A stretch of 64,000 nucleotides of DNA. Origin: Sphagnum compactum (taxonomy: Eukaryota). Shown here piece after piece: positions 53,433-64,000 of this stretch (positions are counted from its first letter, which is position 1; the number at the start of each line of letters is the position of its first letter). The position numbers and the translations under genes were made by a program. Where the stretch lies: contig OZ234493.1 in the NCBI GenBank assembly GCA_965153455.1, positions 33,160,213 to 33,224,212 of the forward strand, written 5' to 3'. Under the pieces are notes generated by a model, which was not told the origin of the DNA, made no database searches, and was given only the letters and a program-made list of their open reading frames with translations.

Positions 53433-56400
53433 CATGCTCAACTTTATTCCAAGGAAACAAGAAGACAAGGGAAAAAGGACAAAAGCAAAAGACTAGCGCC
53501 AATGTTAAACTGAAATGGCAAACCATCCTAACAAGCCGAGGCATTGAAAGGTCACAAGCAAACAATAAATGTTGTTGAAAAGGGAAATTGCCATTGTCCA
53601 CATGAGCCAAAGCCTTGAGAAGAAAAGAACATTGGTTTAACAAAAAACCTCAAAGTATAGATGAGGGTGACAAAGGCCTAGCCACCTAAGAACTCAATTG
53701 GAGCAATGCAAAAAGGCAATACGAGATGTCATTTTTTGGAGCAATGCAAGATGGCAATACTAGAGGTCATTTTTTGTAGCAACTACTAGATTATTATAGA
53801 ATGATTTAAAAAGGGTCATAGCGTATTCAACTTGTAATCAATTAGGTTATATCATATTTGTTTCAAGATCACATTCAAGACACTTGAAATTTTAAACCAA
53901 GGTGAGGTCAAATTAGAAGAGGTGAAACAAAAAATTCGAGGTAGGGGGCATGCATAAGAGAAGGTATGAAAGTCAATGTGCAAAACGTCATGTCAAGATC
54001 CCACAAGCTACTTGGGTACCACAAACTTATGAAGTAAAATTTGCATGGCTAATGTTTTATAAGATAGAATTTTGGGTGAAAGATGAAATGAATGAGAAAA
54101 ATCCTATTGTAATGCCCAAAATTTTTATCCCCTTTTAAGGAGTGTTAAATGCAAATAAGGTCTTGAATTTAATAGGGAGATTGGACAACCAAGCTACACA
54201 TTTGTAAGGTTGCATTGAAAGACCTAGGGCTTACAATTGGGAGGGTAAGAACTCAAAGGCTTTGATGACCTCAAAAGGACCTAGAATATGGGTGTTATCG
54301 ACTATGGTGGGGAATAGACAAGGAGGGAAATGTGCTATTGCGTGTAGTGCTTGAAAATGAGCAATGACAAACAAAGGCCCGAAGGATCACCCTAATAGAT
54401 GTTTACGATCAATGGGGTGACAATAACCTTACTTCTTTGATTATGGTGGGTGAAATTTTAAAAAGGATTCAAAAACATAAAATGTGCAAATGAAAAAGAT
54501 AAGTTGGGCAATCTCACTTCTAACTATTCATAGTTTTTGAAACATAATTCTAGACACAAAATTGAATGTGTTGGCCATGTCGACTTGCAAAACAACCTAA
54601 TTGGGTTGGAGGTTGAAGCACACGTAATGCCACAAACCATTGATTTGCATCCTCTTTTGGTGGCAACTCCAAACTAATGAGAAAACAAATGCATTGGAAA
54701 AAATCTTGAAACTATAAACACGAAGTGCAACTTTTGAAGTAGTGTAATGTTTTTCCCATTGCAATAGGTTGTATCTTGTTTAAAGAATTGGACATTGCTA
54801 AGAGATGTGATGATCTCAAGACACGTGCAAAGGGGGCAAATCGAATTCTTCAAGATATCATTCATAGATATGGTCATATATTTTGACATAAATGTTGTCG
54901 GGTGAACTCATGACCACAAGATGAACATGGAACTCATTGCACCAAAGATGAATTAGATGGAATTGTATATATTTTTTAAATGTTCATATATTGTATCTTG
55001 ACAAAATAACACACCTTAAATACAAATGCAGGTGTGGTTCAATGGTTAAGGACTTGACTTTCATCGTGGATGTGAATACTCTTAGACTTACAACGTATAC
55101 TCCTTATACTTGCAACCTAGGCTAGGTGAGACTAATCAGCTAACTAGCCTATGCCACTTAGGGGCCTTAAACGTAGCCTACCTAATCTTAGGCTAGGTGA
55201 AGTGTCACCTAATCTACCTAGCCTTAGGTTTAACCTAGGGTGCCACCTAGGCTACCAAGCCGTTGATGATTCATACATATTTTGCAAAAGTGATTACCAA
55301 AATAATTGCACAATAATTGAAGGGCAACCATCGAAATGAACTCATATAGTAGAATATGAAATGCATTACGTCATTTGTAACTAATCATCAATTACAACTT
55401 GTTGTTTTCTACTAGTGATTTTTTAATAACAAATGTCGCCAACTTAAAAAACGAGTTGCAAAAAATCAAATGCAAATACTTAATTTTTAAAAAGTTGTGG
55501 GGTTAGTAGCATGGAATGACAAGGGAAGGTGGTCATGACAACAAAGTGGCAAGGGATGGAGGTAAACACACAAGAAGAGAATGAAAAGTAAGGAGGATGC
55601 CAATAGCCGTGTATTTAGTCCAATTTGTGTACAAGATAGAGGGGGTTAGATAAGAAGGAATGTAGTGGGGATGGGGAGCATTTGGTTCCCATGTAGACTA
55701 AGCCAATATGAAGGTCTAGTTTTAGCTAGAGTGAACGAGCTCTCTCACCAATGCATAGTGCAAGATAGGTAGTATGTGAACCAAAAACACTTTTTCATTC
55801 TATAAATGTCTCATCTCTAACCATCGGGTCCAAATTTTTTAAGATATTTCAAAATCTTGTTACATCAGAAACCAAAATCTTGTTTATCTTCCCATTTCGG
55901 TTTTTGAGGAAAGCTCGACATGCTCATCACGGATTCATCAATCCATCAATCTGGTTACAATAACTGAAGAAAGACTTTTTTACTACCAAGAAAACTACAA
56001 AGATAAAAAAAATGTTCAAGAGAAAATGTTCATAGCATTAAAAGGTTTGTAACAAATTCGACCCATGTTTTGATAGTTTTGCAAGATGTTCAGAGTAAAC
56101 TCAATTTCATCAGAGGGTGAGGATTCGGGTTCTAACTTTCATGTGATTTCATTAGGTTTGTTAGCTTAATGAGAAATGCTTAACACAGCCTGAGCACTTG
56201 ATGTAAATTTGCGCCTGCTTCCATTTGCTCCCAGTAGAATATATAAGGAAACAAGGAGTTCACAAGCCCATGACATGCTGTTACATCTGCCTAGAGGGCA
56301 TAGCTGTGGATTAAACTCTGTGGACAAACTTGTCACAAAGACCTAATGTAAGAAATGTAATGAGGTCAATATTCACTATAGGTTTGAAATGGAAAAATGA

Positions 56401-56660
56401 CTAAGCAAACAACTGTACAAAAATCTGTGTCCCGAGTTTCTGTCACATTTATGGAAGCGATTGGCACACAAGTGACATAGCTAATTGAGTCAATAGTGAC
56501 CGAGTCAAAGCTGCAACAACTCTGTGAGGTAAGCTTCATTTCTTTCTACTACTACACCATGGCAGTGTAAACTTTTGCCATAATTTGGAAAGTATACACC
56601 TTCACATACAGGATTTGCCAGGACTGTAGTCACCAGATATAGGTGATTCAGAAAAACCGT

Positions 56661-59600
56661 TCAAACCATCTGTAGAACCTCCTCACGCTTAATCTTAAAC
56701 ACTGCCTTCAACACATCCTCCACAACCTGGGCAGGACACAGCACAAACTGTTGAGTTAAATTCATTTAACCATGTTAACAGATATCATGAACCATTGACA
56801 ACAAGCCTCCTCCTTTCCCCAGGTAGGTGCAAAGACTAATTGCATTGGTTTACGGACTCACCTTGTCAGGAGTGGAAGCACCAGATGTGACTCCAATTAT
56901 AACGGGACCCTCTGGTAACCAATTCTCCTTCTCCACATACTCTCCATGCTGCAAGCATTCCAAATTGATAATTTTAAACAACCTTCCCCAAGTACCAGAA
57001 GATGTGATCCTCAACCCCACAAGACTACAAAGCAAAAGGATGATAGTGATTTGAATATAATCTCCCGTCATCAGCCTCCATGCACAGAGATATTTGCACA
57101 GGATAATATGTTAGGATGAAATGCCTTTGTCTTAGGATGTGGAGGGAGAAAATGATAAACAAATACAGATGTACACCATTACAACTTACGCTACATGTAT
57201 ATTCCAGGAAGTAAAGAGGATCGGCTTTTACATTTAACTTGAAGGCTATCTTGTTGCCTGGACCAACCCGCTTCTCTGAGTCGACCCAGTATGAGGGAAT
57301 GTTGTGAAGCTCAGAAATTTCTTGCAAGTGTGATGTGTTGCTGGAATTCCAGCCACCTACCACTAAAATCAGATCTACCTTCTCTTCAACAAGCTTGTAC
57401 ATTGCATCTTGCCTTTCCTGCAATGTTGCAACACCAAGGGGATATTGGAGCACTTCCAAGCCCTATGAATTCAAAAATGGGCTGACTGAAGCAATAAAAA
57501 AGAGTAAGTTGGGGGAGTTGGACCCTCAATTGCACACAAAGCAAGTCATCTCACAAAACTCAACTTGCCTATCATGCACCTGCTTCTCTCATTAAGTCAA
57601 AACAACAGCGCAAAAAAAATGTCCCTTAATCAATAAGGTTTGTGAAATGTGTAACTTCAGCTCATTCACCTGAGTGGCATCACAAATAGTGTTGAAGCTC
57701 ATGAAGTGGTCAGTTGAATTTTCCACACCATATTTTTGGATCATGGTCCTTTCCAATAGCTTCCCTGAGAGATAAGATCCATGACTCAAAACTTCAGCCT
57801 AAGTGATACTTGACCAGGACTCCTTCTCAGGTCCTCCACCCATGAGATGGTTCTATCTAATGATAGAAGATTCGGGATGAACAAAAGCATCAGAAACCAG
57901 CAGGGCAAAAAGAGAGACATGATTTTCATGCTGAATTGCACTCACCAATCTCTTCCGTCTCTCCCTTGAGCATTGTTGTCTGATTGGCAATACCCACCTT
58001 TAGCAGATCAATGTCTGGATCAAAACCCTCGGAAATTGCAAATTTGAATTTCTGCGAACAAAACCAATCCAGATCTCAGCAAACTGACATTTTACTGCAA
58101 TACCACATGATAGGATCTCTACTGTCTTTCAGAAAGAGAAAGTTGTGCACTTATGAAGAAGATATCGTCTGGGAGTTCTTGGTAACCTCTGCATCTCTGC
58201 AAAACCCATTTGGGCATCCATACTCAAATTTATTAGAGGTTTATTAGAGGGCAAAAAGATAAATCAAGCTCTTGATAAGAGCAATAAGATCTAGTGTGCT
58301 TACTTCAAGAAACTCCTCCCTGGTGCCACTGGACCCATCGAGCTCCCCACCCAAAATATAGTCACACACATAAGTGGCCTGCATGAGAATTGCAAAAGTC
58401 AAACAAAGTGTATCCTCCTCTTTGACCTGTTTGATGACAAGACTAAAAGTGAAGAAAAGCATCATTCACTTCCCTTGTTCTTGCTCCTAAATCAGCTGAA
58501 CCTGATCCATTTTCACAGTTCAAACTAATCACATAAATTCAAGACACTTTATGCTTCTCTTATCTAGTGGCAATCAGATACAAATACAAAGGTTGGATAT
58601 ATTCCCTTACAGCTAGAACCATGTAAGAGAGAAAATCTCTATTTCTGTACCTCCTTCATATTCTTCACAATTACGTATTTGCCTGCAAAGGAGGATGTAG
58701 CCACTGTTTCTTCATGAGAATATTTTCCATGGATTACAGATGTGTATGTCATCTTCTTGTGCTTCTCAACAGTGGTCCACACCTGATCAAAAAACCAGTT
58801 CAAGAAACCAGTGTCAATTTATCTAGTTTTTCTGAAAGTCGGCCCGGGGGATGTGGGTGCAGGTCAACCTGCAAATGACAACTCATAACATTCTGCCCCA
58901 TAGGAGAGATTTCTGGTCAGGACATTTGTACAATCGGGAAGAGCAAATAATGAAGGACTCTCAAAATTCACCTTTGATACCCAAGGGCAAGTAGTATCCA
59001 CAATTTGCACATTCTTGTCACTGAGTGTCTGCATTTCCTGAACAGCTGCTCCAAATGCTGGTAGAATGACCACATCATTCCCCTCCACAACTGAGAAGTC
59101 CTTGCCATCCTCTTTCACTGGGATCAACTCAACGTTCATCTCTGTCAATTTCTGTTCCCAATAGCACAACCCATCACATAAGGATTTTAGGCCATTTTAA
59201 GAACATCAACAGCACTTGCTTATGAGTGTCTCTCTCACTCATGTTTCATTCTATCAGTGCTTGAAAGGATGGTTGATATGGACTTACATCATTCACTGTG
59301 GGATTGTGGATGATCTCATTTGTAATCCACAACTTCTGTTCTGGGAACTGCTTGCGAGCCTCATAAGCAATTTGCACAGCTCGCTCAACTCCCCAACAGA
59401 ACCCATATGATTCAGCCAATTTCACAGTCACATTCCCCCAAGTATGTTCAAAATTGTTTAGCTTCAAGGTCTTCACCAAATCACCTGCAGCAAAAACCAC
59501 AGTCAAATGTTATTTGTAGAAGGAAGGCCAAATTGATTTGACTTGCTGCTTTTCCTTTCTGAAAGATTTTTCTTGCATCCATGGAAAACATCTCTCATGA

Positions 59601-61166
59601 GAATTGAGAAATCTCCATCCTCACAATTAAGAAAGCTGGAACAAGGTTTAAAGAACAAGCCAGAACAAGTTTTTGAACTTCTTCTTTTAAGTCAAAGAAA
59701 GACCTCCAAAAAAGGACTTACAAAACTGTGAACAAAGGACAATACAACAAAGACAAAACAAGAACAAGAAAACAAAAGGACTATCACTTGCAGTATGAAC
59801 AACAATGACTATCACTCACTTGTTCAGGAACCATAAACAATAACATGTATGATAGTGACTTCTCTATCACAACTTCCCCGCTGACTTCATCAGCTCCCTT
59901 CAGTGGGTATAGGCCACTGTAAACAGTGTATTGAGTTTCTGTTGCAAGTTTGGAAGTATTGGGAAGAGTCAGCAATGATTCTGGCTAGCAACAAACAACA
60001 ACAAAAGGAGAAACACAAATAGAAAAGACTTGAGGGGGAAAAAAAACAGACATAGAGAAAAGGAAGACGAAACATAGAAAGACTGAATACACAGGGGAAA
60101 TAGACCAAGTGGGCTTTACAGGAAGCTCCCCACTTACAAGAGTCTATAAAAAATCATTCAGAATACTCTGAATGCTAAAATTCCAAAAAGGAACTCTTCT
60201 TTATCGTGCAACCCTCTAGAATCTCATTGACCATGGAAAAAATGGGTTTGTAGAAGGAACTGAGCCACTTCAAAACTTCAGTAAGGCAAGTGGAACTTGC
60301 TGCACAGATAAATCTCAGTTCAGTCGGATTTTTCCGAAATTCCAAACAGCACAAAGAAACAGAAGATGAGGACTCGACACTTTTCAGTACTAAATTATGA
60401 GCATTATTCATAGAATGATGAAATTTAAGGATTTCCGGCAGGGCAAGATTTGAGATCTCATGGAGAATTAAGCTCACAGAAAACAGAAGAAACATAGCGC
60501 TTTTTACAAAGAAAAAACCAAAATTATTACTACACATGGATAAGGAAGATCCTTGGAGAGACTCTTTAGATGATCCAGATCCCCTAAAGGAACAGACAAA
60601 AGAACGAACGGGAAGAGGATTGAACAACAGTCCTCTTGTGCACAAACAAAAAGACCCTTTGGCTTTCCATTCACTCAAGATCCTTTGAACTCCTAGAAGA
60701 AACTCTTCATGTTTATCGCCATTTTCCTGTTTGTTGCATCCATGTAGAATGTGAGGATTTTGTGAGCAAGGATGGGTGTGAATTTCCAAGGGAGGAGAGA
60801 AGCGTCATCAGCAAATTTTGTTCACTCACTGGTATATTCCTCCTCCATTTGCAGCAGCATCTCCTTCTTGTATCCGAAGCCAGTTTTGTTGTAATTCTCA
60901 CTCCGCGTCAATGTCTTCCGAAACGCCTTAGAATCGAACTGCTGCTCTGATTGCTCCGAAGCAGCAGCAGCAGCAGCAGCAGAAGAGCCACCTGCAGCAT
61001 CACCGCGCACCACGACTCCTCCTCCTCCTCCTCCTCCTCCTACTCCTCCTTGTCGCGCATTCCTAGAAACCCTAACAGACTTCGAGGGAAGAAGACCACC
61101 CACAAGACTCCCACCCGCAACCCATCCGCCTACTGCCGGAACCCGCAGACTGCAAGAGCTTGCCAT
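56661..61166 (-). CDS. HDR: 4-hydroxy-3-methylbut-2-enyl diphosphate reductase (HDR/IspH/LytB), plastid MEP pathway; 10 exons
   Basis: Exons 61166-60830, 59484-59288, 59151-58972, 58782-58651, 58378-58304, 58051-57946, 57764-57670, 57417-57232, 56948-56862, 56726-56661 are in frame. The three Fe-S cysteines are in [21 protein letters not shown] and [11 protein letters not shown]. Also [26 protein letters not shown] and the plant/cyanobacterial N-terminal [17 protein letters not shown]. Confidence 0.97.
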
Positions 61167-63019
61167 TACTAGAACAAAAAAGACTCCCACCAAAAACTAA
61201 AAACAAAAAAGCAACAATCAACCAAAGCTCTAAAAAAACCGCAAAAACACAAACACAAACACAAACCCACACACCCCAAAACTTTCCTCTCTTAATCAAA
61301 ACACACAAGCGCAAATTTCACACACACACACCAAAACTTCCTCTCACAAACACAACTAAAATGGACACACAAATAAAAAGCACGACTGGAGTTCGTTCAA
61401 CTCTAAATAATATATCGCACACACACACCCAATACAATAAGCCAAAAAAATTCTCAAAAATTCTCAAAAATTCTAAATAATTACACACACAATCTCAACT
61501 TTCAAGCAAGAAAAAATAAAAAATTTAATCCCAAAAAGCGACGATAAATTTTTTTTAAAAAAAAGATAAAAGTCGCCCACCTCGGTTGAAAAGTGAAGCG
61601 GAGCTTGTGGGGGGGGGGCGGGTACGTACGAAGGCAAATGCATCAGCAAAACAGCAGCAGAACCGAAATGCTGATGTAACACAGAATCGGCCGTTCTAGT
61701 CAAATTTTAGCACCAAATCTGCTGCACAACTGTACAATTCCAGCAAGGGGCCAGACCGTTCCATGGCATTAAGGTCTGGGTGGGTTCAGCAAATTTGTTG
61801 CAGTCAAACAGAGATTATGTCACTGGTTACGAATGCATGATGATTGCCGGAAGATTATGGTGTATAATAATCTGTTCAATAAATTTAATAGAATCTGCAC
61901 CATCGTTGTTGGTAGGTATCTTCATGTTTTTGAGTGAGGCCTCTTAATTATAGTGGCCATATTAATTAAGCTCAAAACATTGTTAGATTTGAAGGGTTTA
62001 GGGTTTTTAAGAAATGTGCCAAACCCTAAAACCTTAAAAACGGACCCTCATTTAGTCTAAGCATACATATTGGGATTTTTAAAAAATATTTTTAGAAACA
62101 ATTTAAATGAATTTTGGGATTTTTTTTTATCATGGTGCAAACACAAGTGTTGGCCAGTTATATAAGAAAAATCCCAATTATTTGTCGGGATTTATTGGAT
62201 TTTTAAAAAAAAAACTTTTGAGTAACGAACTCTATACACAACCATTATATTGAATGCCTTTATATGTACTACCCTTATATCTAATTTGTCTCTGACTAAT
62301 AGGATTTAAACAATATTGATATTCAACCCATTAGGGTTTTGAAAATGTCAAATATGCATTTTGCTCAGGATTTAAGGTTGAAAGAGAACCTATCACACTT
62401 CCTTTCAGCATTTTGCACTTTTGCATTTATGTTGAGATTTTCTCTAAGATTATTATAAGTCGTTTTTCAAAACTTTGCTTGAGCTTTTTGTAGTGTCGAG
62501 TGCTTCATATTCTTAGCTTCATACTTTGTTATGATTTTTTTCATAACAACAAGTCCTTCACTTTGTTTTTGCCTTAAATTTCACAACACCAAACACCAAG
62601 TGCTCCATTTCCTCTTTTATTTTAATATTCATAAAAACTCGAGCTCCTTCGCAATGTCGAGGTATTACATTTTCTCCTTTATGACCTTGTGTTTGCAATT
62701 TGAATCAAATATGTTTTTGGATTTTTTTTCCTTTTGCTTCTTTTTTTTTGGGTGTGTTTTGGTGTCTTTTTTTTCTTGTTGTATCTAGTTTTGTTGCTTG
62801 GTGAATCAAAAAAGTTTAGCAAATTAGGAGAATTTACATTTAATTTTGTCATTTGATTAATTAAGAAAATTTGGTTATGGTATTGTGTTTTTTGAAAATT
62901 TGGTGCTTTACAGTTGCAATGGTTATATGCCCTTGTCCACTTGTGACGACATTTGGCTTCAGAAGTTAGTTTTATGTCATTACTCTTGTGTTCAATTTCA
63001 TTCTCACTCTTTTCTCTTT

Positions 63020-63960
63020 TCGAAGAAATGTTGCATGCCATGATTAAAAAGATAATGGACCAACATGTTATATCGCATCTTACATCTACAACAATAATTT
63101 TTGTTAGTTTTGATCTTTGTATGTCTCATGATGATATGAATGTTTTTGATCTAGTTATCAATGAATGAAACATGGGTTGCCCATGCATTTTATTGTGAGG
63201 ATGTTTGAAGTGAACAAAATGACTTGCAGTCCTTGACTATACAATTCCAATCTTTATTGGAAAAGTTTGGTTTGTTACATTAGGTAATCACATTTGCAAA
63301 CGATGAATGCACTAATATAACAACTATTGCAACACCTTTGCATTCCATCATTGATTGTAAAGCTTTGAAAATTTTCAAGGTTTATGAATACACAAGACTT
63401 TTGCACATGATGCCTAAGGCCTCTCGATATGCTACAAATGACAACAAAGTTCCTACCGAGTTGAAAAAATCGAAAATCCATTTAGCTTTACAACAAAAAA
63501 TTAATTAAGGCCCAAATGTGGGTTCATGTTGAGGCAATAACATCTTGTTTGAATATTGTTGTTGTATCAATGTGTGATGAATTAGCCTAGGGGCTTGATC
63601 GGTTGTTGTAAAATGTTTTGATAATAACTATTGCATTTACTATGAACATGAAAGTTGAACTAATAACTTTCTTGTGTGATTTAAATGTCTAACCCATTTG
63701 AGGCTAAGGTCTCCATTTTGCACATAAATATGTGTTTGGAAAATATAAAAATGATCAGACCTTTTTTTTGAGTTTTTAAGGTTTTTTTATGCACATCAAG
63801 TTCATAACATAATGGCTATTGTGTTGGATTTGTGTTTCAAATATTTGCATGTTATGGAAAACTTGGTGGGAAATGCAATTTGGTTAGCATCTAAATATGA
63901 TGTTAGGGTTGTCATTCCTCTCCTAATGGTGTGCTTTGATTTGTTAACCTTATTGCAACT
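63020..63960 (+). mobile_element. Decayed hAT-family transposase remnant
   Basis: Broken frames read EEMLHAMIKK..TIIFVSFDLCMS..VFDLVIN (degenerate SxDxW, first catalytic Asp), PMHFIVRMFEV, IQFQSLLEKFGLL, ND(E)CTNITT, SRYATND and, near the end, HNIMAIVLDLCFK (degenerate LDPRFK). Many stops and frameshifts. Confidence 0.7.
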
Positions 63961-64000
63961 ACATCTATAACAATGACAATTGATGTTGTGGGTTCAAATC

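Noticed and set aside
53164..53643. 159-aa minus-strand ORF
   Set aside because: It is mostly a translation of the 71-bp tandem repeat and starts at a non-ATG codon.
53880..54930. Possible SWIM/MULE-type transposon remnant (CPLCTC...LHFVF)
   Set aside because: Too degenerate to assign by eye; needs a translated search against a TE protein library.
60175..60789. 204-aa same-strand ORF inside HDR intron 1
   Set aside because: Non-ATG start, Phe/Ser/Leu-rich as expected from T-rich intron DNA, no domain, and HDR splices correctly without it.

Overview
Eukaryotic nuclear DNA from a land plant. It has GT-AG introns and TTTAGGG-type telomeric fragments. The AT-rich, decayed intergenic repeats suggest a bryophyte, possibly Sphagnum-like (inference from style only). 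I reconstructed eight spliced protein-coding genes by hand: a P-class PPR protein (-), plastid SecA1 (+, 20 exons), an SLC25A38/Hem25-like mitochondrial carrier (+, 8 exons), an organellar methionine aminopeptidase (+, 10 exons), a small 93-aa MCPLR-type membrane protein (-, 2 exons), a BNR/Asp-box sialidase-fold protein (+, 9 exons), an unrecognised ~866-aa gene whose spliced 3' exons are hidden from the ORF track (-, 6 exons), and HDR/IspH (-, 10 exons). Intergenic blocks hold decayed CACTA and hAT transposase remnants, several tandem arrays and a small dispersed element. I saw no CRISPR array, rRNA or tRNA. The best leads are the SLC25A38/Hem25-type carrier in a plant, the orphan gene, the internally duplicated PPR protein, the membrane-anchored sialidase-fold protein and a decayed 102-bp coding-like repeat. 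All family calls come from motif recognition, with no database search.
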